Shown here piece after piece: positions 1-13,772 of a DNA stretch of 64,000 nt; position 1 is the stretch's first letter; each line of letters starts with the position of its first letter. This stretch comes from Monocercomonoides exilis PA203 (lineage: Eukaryota; Protista; Preaxostyla), in assembly GCA_001643675.2 (NCBI GenBank), contig LSRY02000020.1:1426001-1490000 (forward strand). Reading direction: 5' to 3'. The translations under genes were made by a program, and so were the position numbers. Below the pieces are notes generated by a model that made no database searches, was not told where the DNA came from, and was given only the letters and a program-made list of their open reading frames with translations.

Positions 1-14
1 TTCATTCATTCATT

Positions 15-287
15 CACTCACTCACTCACTCACTCACTCACTCACTCACTCACTCACTCACTCACTCACTCACTCACTCACTCACTCACTCACTCACTCA
101 CTCACTCACTCACTCACTCACTCACTCACTCACTCACTCACTCACTCACTCACTCACTCACTCACTCACTCACTCACTCACTCACTCACTCACTCACTCA
201 CTCACTCACTCACTCACTCACTCACTCACTCACTCACTCACTCACTCACTCACTCACTCACTCACTCACTCACTCACTCACTCACTC
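15..287. repeat. (CACT)n microsatellite, first of 11 tracts
   Basis: Other tracts at ~1482-1686, 2883-3103, 4300-4508, 5706-5928, 7126-7326, 8523-8679, 9881-10057, 11247-11431, 12632-12812 and 14013-14189. Each is preceded by (CATT)3. Confidence 0.97.
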
Positions 288-959
288 AATTATTCATTTT
301 ATGAATTCAATCAATATTTCACAATTCTTTCAACCATTCAATTTCACATTCATTCAATCCCTCACGAACTGTTTTCTCCTTCTCTTTCTCTTTCTCTTTC
401 TCTTTTTCTTTCACTTTCTCTTTCACTTTAACTTTTGAAATCGCTTCACATCATTGTGTTTCTCATAATATTCCATTTGAATGTTCGTTGGATGATTTCT
501 TATTTTTCTTTTTCATTCATTCAATTAATCATTTATTCATCTATCCATTTGCACTTTCTTTTCTCTCTCATTTTCTTTTTCTTTCTTTCTTTTTTCGAAT
601 TCTTAACATTTTGTTTTTACTCATCTTTAACATTTCTCTTTAAGAATTTGATTTGAGATGGGAAATAGAGGGAGGGAAAAAATGAGGATTGAATAAAATA
701 TAAGTTTATAATGAAGGCAAAATGGAAAGAAAAGCGAAAGCGGAAAGAAAGCGAAAAATGAAAGGAAGAAGAAAAGAGAGGAGAGGAGAGGAGAAGAGAG
801 GAGAAGAAGATAAATGAATGAGAAAAAGAAAAGGAAAAGGAATAAGAAAGAGAAAGAGAAAGAGAAAGAAAAAAAGAAAGAAATTTGGAATAAAAGGGAA
901 AAGGAGGGAAAGAAGGGAAAAGAGAAAGGTTAAAGGTGAAAAAGAAAAGAAAATGAATA

Positions 960-1022
960 GAAACAGAAAAAGAAAAAAAAGAAAAAAAAAAGAAAAAAAA
1001 GAGGAAAAAGAGAAAAAGAAAA
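960..1022 (-). terminator. RNA Pol III oligo-T terminator tract (every unit)
   Basis: TTTT followed by several T5-T10 runs immediately 3' of the 5S gene on the minus strand. Confidence 0.8.
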
Positions 1023-1138
1023 GCTACAGCACTGGGTTTTTCCAGGCGGTCACCCATCCAAGTACTAACCCAGCGTTGGCCGCTTAACTTCGGAGGTCTG
1101 AAGGGATCCGGTGCGTATGACCAACTATGGCCGTAGCT
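1021..1138 (-). rRNA. 5S rRNA: 5S rRNA copy 1
   Basis: The minus strand reads AGCTACGGCCATA...GAAGTTAAGC (box A)...TTAGTACTTGGATGGGTGACCGCCTGG (box C)...GCTGTAGCTT. The 5' and 3' ends pair (helix I) and T-runs follow (Pol III terminator). Confidence 0.97.
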
Positions 1139-1162
1139 CACACACACTCCCTCAACCATCCC

Positions 1163-1170
1163 TTTTATAA
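1163..1170 (-). promoter_or_regulatory. TATA box upstream of 5S gene (present in every unit)
   Basis: TTATAAAA on the minus strand at about -32 to -25 from the 5S +1, embedded in G-rich flanks. It is conserved in all 13 copies, including the truncated terminal unit. Confidence 0.7.
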
Positions 1171-1210
1171 TCTTCCCCCCAACTATCCTTCTTTTCTTTC
1201 TTTCTTTCTA

Positions 1211-1241
<31 letters not shown>

Positions 1242-2421
1242 CTCTTTTTCAATTTCTTTTCTTATTATCAAAATATCTTTCCCAATCATTATCTCTATCT
1301 TTTCTCTTCCTCTTTCTCTTCAACTATAACTTTCTTCTTCTTTCTTTCACACATTCACATTCACACCCTCCCACTCTCTTTTAATTACCACTTCACTCTT
1401 TCCACTTTCTTTCCCTCATTCCTTCTTTTCCTCATTCTCATCCTCTCTCACTCTTTCACTTTCAAAGTTCATTCATTCATTCACTCACTCACTCACTCAC
1501 TCACTCACTCACTCACTCACTCACTCACTCACTCACTCACTCACTCACTCACTCACTCACTCACTCACTCACTCACTCACTCACTCACTCACTCACTCAC
1601 TCACTCACTCACTCACTCACTCACTCACTCACTCACTCACTCACTCACTCACTCACTCACTCACTCACTCACTCACTCACTCACTCAATTATTCATTTTA
1701 TGAATTCAATCAATATTTCACAATTCTTTCAACCATTCAATTTCACATTCATTCAATCCCTCACGAACTGTTTTCTCCTTCTCTTTCTCTTTCTCTTTCT
1801 CTTTTTCTTTCACTTTCTCTTTCACTTTAACTTTTGAAATCGCTTCACATCATTGTGTTTCTCATAATATTCCATTTGAATGTTCGTTGGATGATTTCTT
1901 ATTTTTCTTTTTCATTCATTCAATTAATCATTTATTCATCTATCCATTTGCACTTTCTTTTCTCTCTCATTTTCTTTTTCTTTCTTTCTTTTTTCGAATT
2001 CTTAACATTTTGTTTTTACTCATCTTTAACATTTCTCTTTAAGAATTTGATTTGAGATGGGAAATAGAGGGGAGGAAAAAATGAGGATTGAATAAAATAT
2101 AAGTTTATAATGAAGGCAAAATGGAAAGAAAAGCGAAAGCGGAAAGAAAGCGAAAAATGAAAGGAAGAAGAAAAGAGAGGAGAGGAGAGGAGAAGAGAGG
2201 AGAAGAAGATAAATGAATGAGAAAAAGAAAAGGAAAAGGAATAAGAAAGAGAAAGAGAAAGAGAAAGAGAAAGAAAAAAGAAAGAAATTTGGAATAAAAG
2301 GGAAAAGGAGGGAAAGAAGGGAAAAGAGAAAGGTTAAAGGTGAAAAAGAAAAGAAAATGAATAGAAACAGAAAAAAGAAAAAAAAAAAAAGAAAAAAAAA
2401 AGAGGAAAAAGAGAAAAAGAA

Positions 2422-2539
2422 AAGCTACAGCACTGGGTTTTTCCAGGCGGTCACCCATCCAAGTACTAACCCAGCGTTGGCCGCTTAACTTCGGAGGTCT
2501 GAAGGGATCCGGTGCGTATGACCAACTATGGCCGTAGCT
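2422..2539 (-). rRNA. 5S rRNA: 5S rRNA copy 2
   Basis: Same sequence as copy 1. Confidence 0.97.
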
Positions 2540-2611
2540 CACACACACTCCCTCAACCATCCCTTTTATAATCTTCCCCCCAACTATCCTTCTTTTCTTT
2601 CTTTCTTTCTA

Positions 2612-2642
<31 letters not shown>

Positions 2643-3838
2643 CTCTTTTTCAATTTCTTTTCTTATTATCAAAATATCTTTCCCAATCATTATCTCTATC
2701 TTTTCTCTTCCTCTTTCTCTTCAACTATAACTTTCTTCTTCTTTCTTTCACACATTCACATTCACACCCTCCCACTCTCTTTTAATTACCACTTCACTCT
2801 TTCCACTTTCTTTCCCTCATTCCTTCTTTTCCTCATTCTCATCCTCTCTCACTCTTTCACTTTCAAAGTTCATTCATTCATTCACTCACTCACTCACTCA
2901 CTCACTCACTCACTCACTCACTCACTCACTCACTCACTCACTCACTCACTCACTCACTCACTCACTCACTCACTCACTCACTCACTCACTCACTCACTCA
3001 CTCACTCACTCACTCACTCACTCACTCACTCACTCACTCACTCACTCACTCACTCACTCACTCACTCACTCACTCACTCACTCACTCACTCACTCACTCA
3101 CTCAATTATTCATTTTATGAATTCAATCAATATTTCACAATTCTTTCAACCATTCAATTTCACATTCATTCAATCCCTCACGAACTGTTTTCTCCTTCTC
3201 TTTCTCTTTCTCTTTCTCTTTTTCTTTCACTTTCTCTTTCACTTTAACTTTTGAAATCGCTTCACATCATTGTGTTTCTCATAATATTCCATTTGAATGT
3301 TCGTTGGATGATTTCTTATTTTTCTTTTTCATTCATTCAATTAATCATTTATTCATCTATCCATTTGCACTTTCTTTTTCTCTCTCATTTTCTTTTTTCT
3401 TTTCTTTCTTTTTTCGAATTCTTAACATTTTGTTTTTACTCATCTTTAACATTTCTCTTTAAGAATTTGATTTGAGATGGGAAATAGAGGGGAGGAAAAA
3501 ATGAGGATTGAATAAAATATAAGTTTATAATGAAGGCAAAATGGAAAGAAAAGCGAAAGCGGAAAGAAAGCGAAAAATGAAAGGAAGAAGAAAAGAGAGG
3601 AGAGGAGAGGAGAAGAGAGGAGAAGAAGATAAATGAATGAGAAAAAGAAAAGGAATAAGAAAGAGAAAGAGAAAGAGAAAGAGAAAGAAAAAAGAAAGAA
3701 ATTTGGAATAAAAGGGAAAAGGAGGGAAAGAAGGGAAAAGAGAAAGGTTAAAGGTGAAAAAGAAAAGAAAATGAATAGAAACAGAAAAAGAAAAAAAAGA
3801 AAAAAAAAAGAAAAAAAAGAGGAAAAAGAGAAAAAGAA

Positions 3839-3956
3839 AAGCTACAGCACTGGGTTTTTCCAGGCGGTCACCCATCCAAGTACTAACCCAGCGTTGGCCG
3901 CTTAACTTCGGAGGTCTGAAGGGATCCGGTGCGTATGACCAACTATGGCCGTAGCT
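3839..3956 (-). rRNA. 5S rRNA: 5S rRNA copy 3
   Basis: Same sequence as copy 1. Confidence 0.97.
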
Positions 3957-4028
3957 CACACACACTCCCTCAACCATCCCTTTTATAATCTTCCCCCCAA
4001 CTATCCTTCTTTTCTTTCTTTCTTTCTA

Positions 4029-4059
<31 letters not shown>

Positions 4060-5245
4060 CTCTTTTTCAATTTCTTTTCTTATTATCAAAATATCTTTCC
4101 CAATCATTATCTCTATCTTTTCTCTTCCTCTTTCTCTTCAACTATAACTTTCTTCTTCTTTCTTTCACACATTCACATTCACACCCTCCCACTCTCTTTT
4201 AATTACCACTTCACTCTTTCCACTTTCTTTCCCTCATTCCTTCTTTTCCTCATTCTCATCCTCTCTCACTCTTTCACTTTCAAAGTTCATTCATTCATTC
4301 ACTCACTCACTCACTCACTCACTCACTCACTCACTCACTCACTCACTCACTCACTCACTCACTCACTCACTCACTCACTCACTCACTCACTCACTCACTC
4401 ACTCACTCACTCACTCACTCACTCACTCACTCACTCACTCACTCACTCACTCACTCACTCACTCACTCACTCACTCACTCACTCACTCACTCACTCACTC
4501 ACTCACTCAATTATTCATTTTATGAATTCAATCAATATTTCACAATTCTTTCAACCATTCAATTTCACATTCATTCAATCCCTCACGAACTGTTTTCTCC
4601 TTCTCTTTCTCTTTCTCTTTCTCTTTTTCTTTCACTTTCTCTTTCACTTTAACTTTTGAAATCGCTTCACATCATTGTGTTTCTCATAATATTCCATTTG
4701 AATGTTCGTTGGATGATTTCTTATTTTTCTTTTTCATTCATTCAATTAATCATTTATTCATCTATCCATTTGCACTTTCTTTTCTCTCTCATTTTCTTTT
4801 TCTTTCTTTCTTTTTTCGAATTCTTAACATTTTGTTTTTACTCATCTTTAACATTTCTCTTTAAGAATTTTATTTGAGATGGGAAATAGAAGGGGGGAAA
4901 AAATGAGGATTGAATAAAATATAAGTTTATAATGAAGGCAAAATGGAAAGAAAAGCGAAAGCGGAAAGAAAGCGAAAAATGAAAGGAAGAAGAAAAGAGA
5001 GGAGAGGAGAGGAGAAGAGAGGAGAAGAAGATAAATGAATGAGAAAAAGAAAAGGAAAAGGAATAAGAAAGAGAAAGAGAAAGAGAAAGAGAAAGAAAAA
5101 AGAAAGAAATTTGGAATAAAAGGGAAAAGGAGGGAAAGAAGGGAAAAGAGAAAGGTTAAAGGTGAAAAAGAAAAGAAAATGAATAGAAACAGAAAAAGAA
5201 AAAAAAGAAAAAAAAAAGAAAAAAAAGAGGAAAAGAGAAAAAGAA

Positions 5246-5363
5246 AAGCTACAGCACTGGGTTTTTCCAGGCGGTCACCCATCCAAGTACTAACCCAGCG
5301 TTGGCCGCTTAACTTCGGAGGTCTGAAGGGATCCGGTGCGTATGACCAACTATGGCCGTAGCT
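5246..5363 (-). rRNA. 5S rRNA: 5S rRNA copy 4
   Basis: Same sequence as copy 1. Confidence 0.97.
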
Positions 5364-5434
5364 CACACACACTCCCTCAACCATCCCTTTTATAATCTTC
5401 CCCCAACTATCCTTCTTTTCTTTCTTTCTTTCTA

Positions 5435-5465
<31 letters not shown>

Positions 5466-6665
5466 CTCTTTTTCAATTTCTTTTCTTATTATCAAAATAT
5501 CTTTCCCAATCATTATCTCTATCTTTTCTCTTCCTCTTTCTCTTCAACTATAACTTTCTTCTTCTTTCTTTCACACATTCACATTCACACCCTCCCACTC
5601 TCTTTTAATTACCACTTCACTCTTTCCACTTTCTTTCCCTCATTCCTTCTTTTCCTCATTCTCATCCTCTCTCACTCTTTCACTTTCAAAGTTCATTCAT
5701 TCATTCACTCACTCACTCACTCACTCACTCACTCACTCACTCACTCACTCACTCACTCACTCACTCACTCACTCACTCACTCACTCACTCACTCACTCTC
5801 ACTCACTCACTCACTCACTCACTCACTCACTCACTCACTCACTCACTCACTCACTCACTCACTCACTCACTCACTCACTCACTCACTCACTCACTCACTC
5901 ACTCACTCACTCACTCACTCACTCACTCAATTATTCATTTTATGAATTCAATCAATATTTCACAATTCTTTCAACCATTCAATTTCACATTCATTCAATC
6001 CCTCACGAACTGTTTTCTCCTTCTCTTTCTCTTTCTCTTTCTCTTTTTCTTTCACTTTCTCTTTCACTTTAACTTTTGAAATCGCTTCACATCATTGTGT
6101 TTCTCATAATATTCCATTTGAATGTTCGTTGGATGATTTCTTATTTTTCTTTTTCATTCATTCAATTAATCATTTATTCATCTATCCATTTGCACTTTCT
6201 TTTCTCTCTCATTTTCTTTTTTCTTTCTTTCTTTTTCGAATTCTTAACATTTTGTTTTTACTCATCTTTAACATTTCTCTTTAAGAATTTGATTTGAGAT
6301 GGGAAATAGAGGGGAGGAAAAAATGAGGATTGAATAAAATATAAGTTTATAATGAAGGCAAAATGGAAAGAAAAGCGAAAGCGGAAAGAAAGCGAAAAAT
6401 GAAAGGAAGAAGAAAAGAGAGGAGAGGAGAGGAGAAGAGAGGAGAAGAAGATAAATGAATGAGAAAAAGAAAAGGAAAAGGAATAAGAAAGAGAAAGAGA
6501 AAGAGAAAGAGAAAGAAAAAAAGAAAGAAATTTGGAATAAAAGGGAAAAGGAGGGAAAGAAGGGAAAAGAGAAAGGTTAAAGGTGAAAAAGAAAAGAAAA
6601 TGAATAGAAACAGAAAAAGAAAAAAAAGAAAAAAAAAAGAAAAAAAGAGGAAAAGAGAAAAAGAA

Positions 6666-6783
6666 AAGCTACAGCACTGGGTTTTTCCAGGCGGTCACCC
6701 ATCCAAGTACTAACCCAGCGTTGGCCGCTTAACTTCGGAGGTCTGAAGGGATCCGGTGCGTATGACCAACTATGGCCGTAGCT
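6666..6783 (-). rRNA. 5S rRNA: 5S rRNA copy 5
   Basis: Same sequence as copy 1. Confidence 0.97.
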
Positions 6784-6854
6784 CACACACACTCCCTCAA
6801 CCATCCCTTTTATAATCTTCCCCCAACTATCCTTCTTTTCTTTCTTTCTTTCTA

Positions 6855-6885
<31 letters not shown>

Positions 6886-8064
6886 CTCTTTTTCAATTTC
6901 TTTTCTTATTATCAAAATATCTTTCCCAATCATTATCTCTATCTTTTCTCTTCCTCTTTCTCTTCAACTATAACTTTCTTCTTCTTTCTTTCACACATTC
7001 ACATTCACACCCTCCCACTCTCTTTTAATTACCACTTCACTCTTTCCACTTTCTTTCCCTCATTCCTTCTTTTCCTCATTCTCATCCTCTCTCACTCTTT
7101 CACTTTCAAAGTTCATTCATTCATTCACTCACTCACTCACTCACTCACTCACTCACTCACTCACTCACTCACTCACTCACTCACTCACTCACTCACTCAC
7201 TCACTCACTCACTCACTCACTCACTCACTCACTCACTCACTCACTCACTCACTCACTCACTCACTCACTCACTCACTCACTCACTCACTCACTCACTCAC
7301 TCACTCACTCACTCACTCACTCACTCAATTATTCATTTTATGAATTCAATCAATATTTCACAATTCTTTCAACCATTCAATTTCACATTCATTCAATCCC
7401 TCACGAACTGTTTTCTCCTTCTCTTTCTCTTTTCTCTTTCTCTTTTTCTTTCACTTTCTCTTTCACTTTAACTTTTGAAATCGCTTCACATCATTGTGTT
7501 TCTCATAATATTCCATTTGAATGTTCGTTGGATGATTTCTTATTTTTCTTTTTCATTCATTCAATTAATCATTTATTCATCTATCCATTTGCACTTTCTT
7601 TTCTCTCTCATTTTCTTTTTTTCTTTCTTTCTTTTTTCGAATTCTTAACATTTTGTTTTTACTCATCTTTAACATTTCTCTTTAAGAATTTTATTTGAGA
7701 TGGGAAATAGAAGGGGGGAAAAAATGAGGATTGAATAAAATATAAGTTTATAATGAAGGCAAAATGGAAAGAAAAGCGAAAGCGGAAAGAAAGCGAAAAA
7801 TGAAAGGAAGAAGAAAAGAGAGGAGAGGAGAGGAGAAGAGAGGAGAAGAAGATAAATGAATGAGAAAAAGAAAAGGAAAAGGAATAAGAAAGAGAAAGAG
7901 AAAGAGAAAGAGAAAGAAAAAAGAAAGAAATTTGGAATAAAAGGGAAAAGGAGGGAAAGAAGGGAAAAGAGAAAGGTTAAAGGTGAAAAAGAAAAGAAAA
8001 TGAATAGAAACAGAAAAAGAAAAAAAAAGAAAAAAGAAAAAAAAGAGGAAAAAGAGAAAAAGAA

Positions 8065-8182
8065 AAGCTACAGCACTGGGTTTTTCCAGGCGGTCACCCA
8101 TCCAAGTACTAACCCAGCGTTGGCCGCTTAACTTCGGAGGTCTGAAGGGATCCGGTGCGTATGACCAACTATGGCCGTAGCT
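8065..8182 (-). rRNA. 5S rRNA: 5S rRNA copy 6
   Basis: Same sequence as copy 1. Confidence 0.97.
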
Positions 8183-9420
8183 CACACACACTCCCTCAAC
8201 CATCCCTTTTATAATCTTCCCCCAACTATCCTTCTTTTCTTTCTTTCTTTCTATCTTTCTCTTTCTCTCTTTCTCTTTCTCTCTCTTTTTCAATTTCTTT
8301 TCTTATTATCAAAATATCTTTCCCAATCATTATCTCTATCTTTTCTCTTCCTCTTTCTCTTCAACTATAACTTTCTTCTTCTTTCTTTCACACATTCACA
8401 TTCACACCCTCCCACTCTCTTTTAATTACCACTTCACTCTTTCCACTTTCTTTCCCTCATTCCTTCTTTTCCTCATTCTCATCCTCTCTCACTCTTTCAC
8501 TTTCAAAGTTCATTCATTCATTCACTCACTCACTCACTCACTCACTCACTCACTCACTCACTCACTCACTCACTCACTCACTCACTCACTCACTCACTCA
8601 CTCACTCACTCACTCACTCACTCACTCACTCACTCACTCACTCACTCACTCACTCACTCACTCACTCACTCACTCACTCAATTATTCATTTTATGAATTC
8701 AATCAATATTTCACAATTCTTTCAACCATTCAATTTCACATTCATTCAATCCCTCACGAACTGTTTTCTCCTTCTCTTTCTCTTTCTCTTTCTCTTTTTC
8801 TTTCACTTTCTCTTTCACTTTAACTTTTGAAATCGCTTCACATCATTGTGTTTCTCATAATATTCCATTTGAATGTTCGTTGGATGATTTCTTATTTTTC
8901 TTTTTCATTCATTCAATTAATCATTTATTCATCTATCCATTTGCACTTTTCTTTTCTCTCTCATTTTTCTTTTTTCTTTCTTTCTTTTTTCGAATTCTTA
9001 ACATTTTGTTTTTACTCATCTTTAACATTTCTCTTTAAGAATTTGATTTGAGATGGGAAATAGAGGGGGAGGAAAAAATGAGGATTGAATAAAATATAAG
9101 TTTATAATGAAGGCAAAATGGAAAGAAAAGCGAAAGCGGAAAGAAAGCGAAAAATGAAAGGAAGAAGAAAAGAGAGGAGAGGAGAGGAGAAGAGAGGAGA
9201 AGAAGATAAATGAATGAGAAAAAGAAAAGGAAAAGGAATAAGAAAGAGAAAGAGAAAGAGAAAGAGAAAGAAAAAAGAAAGAAATTTGGAATAAAAGGGA
9301 AAAGGAGGGAAAGAAGGGAAAAGAGAAAGGTTAAAGGTGAAAAAGAAAAGAAAATGAATAGAAACAGAAAAAGAAAAAAAAGAAAAAAAAAAGAAAAAAA
9401 AGAGGAAAAGAGAAAAAGAA

Positions 9421-9538
9421 AAGCTACAGCACTGGGTTTTTCCAGGCGGTCACCCATCCAAGTACTAACCCAGCGTTGGCCGCTTAACTTCGGAGGTCTG
9501 AAGGGATCCGGTGCGTATGACCAACTATGGCCGTAGCT
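9421..9538 (-). rRNA. 5S rRNA: 5S rRNA copy 7
   Basis: Same sequence as copy 1. Confidence 0.97.
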
Positions 9539-9609
9539 CACACACACTCCCTCAACCATCCCTTTTATAATCTTCCCCCAACTATCCTTCTTTTCTTTCT
9601 TTCTTTCTA

Positions 9610-9640
<31 letters not shown>

Positions 9641-10789
9641 CTCTTTTTCAATTTCTTTTCTTATTATCAAAATATCTTTCCCAATCATTATCTCTATCTT
9701 TTCTCTTCCTCTTTCTCTTCAACTATAACTTTCTTCTTCTTTCTTTCACACATTCACATTCACACCCTCCCACTCTCTTTTAATTACCACTTCACTCTTT
9801 CCACTTTCTTTCCCTCATTCCTTCTTTTCCTCATTCTCATCCTCTCTCACTCTTTCACTTTCAAAGTTCATTCATTCATTCACTCACTCACTCACTCACT
9901 CACTCACTCACTCACTCACTCACTCACTCACTCACTCACTCACTCACTCACTCACTCACTCACTCACTCACTCACTCACTCACTCACTCACTCACTCACT
10001 CACTCACTCACTCACTCACTCACTCACTCACTCACTCACTCACTCACTCACTCACTCAATTATTCATTTTATGAATTCAATCAATATTTCACAATTCTTT
10101 CAACCATTCAATTTCACATTCATTCAATCCCTCACGAACTGTTTTCTCCTTCTCTTTCTCTTTCTCTTTCTCTTTTTCTTTCACTTTCTCTTTCACTTTA
10201 ACTTTTGAAATCGCTTCACATCATTGTGTTTCTCATAATATTCCATTTGAATGTTCGTTGGATGATTTCTTATTTTTCTTTTTCATTCATTCAATTAATC
10301 ATTTATTCATCTATCCATTTGCACTTTCTTTTCTCTCTCATTTTCTTTTTTCTTTTCTTTCTTTTTTCGAATTCTTAACATTTTGTTTTTACTCATCTTT
10401 AACATTTCTCTTTAAGAATTTTATTTGAGATGGGAAATAGAAGGGGGGAAAAAATGAGGATTGAATAAAATATAAGTTTATAATGAAGGCAAAATGGAAA
10501 GAAAAGCGAAAGCGGAAAGAAAGCGAAAAATGAAAGGAAGAAGAAAAGAGAGGAGAGGAGAGGAGAAGAGAGGAGAAGAAGATAAATGAATGAGAAAAAG
10601 AAAAGGAAAAGGAATAAGAAAGAGAAAGAGAAAGAGAAAGAAAAAAGAAAGAAATTTGGAATAAAAGGGAAAAGGAGGGAAAGAAGGGAAAAGAGAAAGG
10701 TTAAAGGTGAAAAAGAAAAGAAAATGAATAGAAACAGAAAAAGAAAAAAAGAAAAAAAAAAGAAAAAAAGAGGAAAAAGAGAAAAAGAA

Positions 10790-10907
10790 AAGCTACAGCA
10801 CTGGGTTTTTCCAGGCGGTCACCCATCCAAGTACTAACCCAGCGTTGGCCGCTTAACTTCGGAGGTCTGAAGGGATCCGGTGCGTATGACCAACTATGGC
10901 CGTAGCT
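10790..10907 (-). rRNA. 5S rRNA: 5S rRNA copy 8
   Basis: Same sequence as copy 1. Confidence 0.97.
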
Positions 10908-10978
10908 CACACACACTCCCTCAACCATCCCTTTTATAATCTTCCCCCAACTATCCTTCTTTTCTTTCTTTCTTTCTA

Positions 10979-11009
<31 letters not shown>

Positions 11010-12170
11010 CTTTTCAATTTCTTTTCTTATTATCAAAATATCTTTCCCAATCATTATCTCTATCTTTTCTCTTCCTCTTTCTCTTCAACTATAACTTTCT
11101 TCTTCTTTCTTTCACACATTCACATTCACACCCTCCCACTCTCTTTTAATTACCACTTCACTCTTTCCACTTTCTTTCCCTCATTCCTTCTTTTCCTCAT
11201 TCTCATCCTCTCTCACTCTTTCACTTTCAAAGTTCATTCATTCATTCACTCACTCACTCACTCACTCACTCACTCACTCACTCACTCACTCACTCACTCA
11301 CTCACTCACTCACTCACTCACTCACTCACTCACTCACTCACTCACTCACTCACTCACTCACTCACTCACTCACTCACTCACTCACTCACTCACTCACTCA
11401 CTCACTCACTCACTCACTCACTCACTCACTCAATTATTCATTTTATGAATTCAATCAATATTTCACAATTCTTTCAACCATTCAATTTCACATTCATTCA
11501 ATCCCTCACGAACTGTTTTCTCCTTCTCTTTCTCTTTTCTCTTTCTCTTTTTCTTTCACTTTCTCTTTCACTTTAACTTTTGAAATCGCTTCACATCATT
11601 GTGTTTCTCATAATATTCCATTTGAATGTTCGTTGGATGATTTCTTATTTTTCTTTTTCATTCATTCAATTAATCATTTATTCATCTATCCATTTGCACT
11701 TTTCTTTTTCTCTCTCATTTTCTTTTTTCTTTTCTTTTTTCGAATTCTTAACATTTTGTTTTTACTCATCTTTAACATTTCTCTTTAAGAATTTTATTTG
11801 AGATGGGAAATAGAGGGGAGGAAAAAATGAGGATTGAATAAAATATAAGTTTATAATGAAGGCAAAATGGAAAGAAAAGCGAAAGCGGAAAGAAAGCGAA
11901 AAATGAAAGGAAGAAGAAAAGAGAGGAGAGGAGAGGAGAAGAGAGGAGAAGAAGATAAATGAATGAGAAAAAGAAAAGGAAAAGGAATAAGAAAGAGAAA
12001 GAGAAAGAGAAAGAGAAAGAAAAAAGAAAGAAATTTGGAATAAAAGGGAAAAGGAGGGAAAGAAGGGAAAAGAGAAAGGTTAAAGGTGAAAAAGAAAAGA
12101 AAATGAATAGAAACAGAAAAAGAAAAAAAAGAAAAAAAAAAGAAAAAAAAGAGGAAAAAGAGAAAAAGAA

Positions 12171-12288
12171 AAGCTACAGCACTGGGTTTTTCCAGGCGGT
12201 CACCCATCCAAGTACTAACCCAGCGTTGGCCGCTTAACTTCGGAGGTCTGAAGGGATCCGGTGCGTATGACCAACTATGGCCGTAGCT
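12171..12288 (-). rRNA. 5S rRNA: 5S rRNA copy 9
   Basis: Same sequence as copy 1. Confidence 0.97.
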
Positions 12289-12360
12289 CACACACACTCC
12301 CTCAACCATCCCTTTTATAATCTTCCCCCCAACTATCCTTCTTTTCTTTCTTTCTTTCTA

Positions 12361-12391
<31 letters not shown>

Positions 12392-13551
12392 CTCTTTTTC
12401 AATTTCTTTTCTTATTATCAAAATATCTTTCCCAATCATTATCTCTATCTTTTCTCTTCCTCTTTCTCTTCAACTATAACTTTCTTCTTCTTTCTTTCAC
12501 ACATTCACATTCACACCCTCCCACTCTCTTTTAATTACCACTTCACTCTTTCCACTTTCTTTCCCTCATTCCTTCTTTTCCTCATTCTCATCCTCTCTCA
12601 CTCTTTCACTTTCAAAGTTCATTCATTCATTCACTCACTCACTCACTCACTCACTCACTCACTCACTCACTCACTCACTCACTCACTCACTCACTCACTC
12701 ACTCACTCACTCACTCACTCACTCACTCACTCACTCACTCACTCACTCACTCACTCACTCACTCACTCACTCACTCACTCACTCACTCACTCACTCACTC
12801 ACTCACTCACTCAATTATTCATTTTATGAATTCAATCAATATTTCACAATTCTTTCAACCATTCAATTTCACATTCATTCAATCCCTCACGAACTGTTTT
12901 CTCCTTCTCTTTCTCTTTCTCTTTCTCTTTTTCTTTCACTTTCTCTTTCACTTTAACTTTTGAAATCGCTTCACATCATTGTGTTTCTCATAATATTCCA
13001 TTTGAATGTTCGTTGGATGATTTCTTATTTTTCTTTTTCATTCATTCAATTAATCATTTATTCATCTATCCATTTGCACTTTCTTTTCTCTCTCATTTTC
13101 TTTTTCTTTCTTTCTTTTTTCGAATTCTTAACATTTTGTTTTTACTCATCTTTAACATTTCTCTTTAAGAATTTGATTTGAGATGGGAAATAGAGGGGAG
13201 GAAAAAATGAGGATTGAATAAAATATAAGTTTATAATGAAGGCAAAATGGAAAGAAAAGCGAAAGCGGAAAGAAAGCGAAAAATGAAAGGAAGAAGAAAA
13301 GAGAGGAGAGGAGAGGAGAAGAGAGGAGAAGAAGATAAATGAATGAGAAAAAGAAAAGGAAAAGGAATAAGAAAGAGAAAGAGAAAGAGAAAGAGAAAGA
13401 AAAAAAGAAAGAAATTTGGAATAAAAGGGAAAAGGAGGGAAAGAAGGGAAAAGAGAAAGGTTAAAGGTGAAAAAGAAAAGAAAATGAATAGAAACAGAAA
13501 AAGAAAAAAAAGAAAAAAAAAAGAAAAAAAAGAGGAAAAAGAGAAAAAGAA

Positions 13552-13669
13552 AAGCTACAGCACTGGGTTTTTCCAGGCGGTCACCCATCCAAGTACTAAC
13601 CCAGCGTTGGCCGCTTAACTTCGGAGGTCTGAAGGGATCCGGTGCGTATGACCAACTATGGCCGTAGCT
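13552..13669 (-). rRNA. 5S rRNA: 5S rRNA copy 10
   Basis: Same sequence as copy 1. Confidence 0.97.
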
Positions 13670-13741
13670 CACACACACTCCCTCAACCATCCCTTTTATA
13701 ATCTTCCCCCAACTATCCTTCTTTTTCTTTCTTTCTTTCTA

Positions 13742-13772
<31 letters not shown>

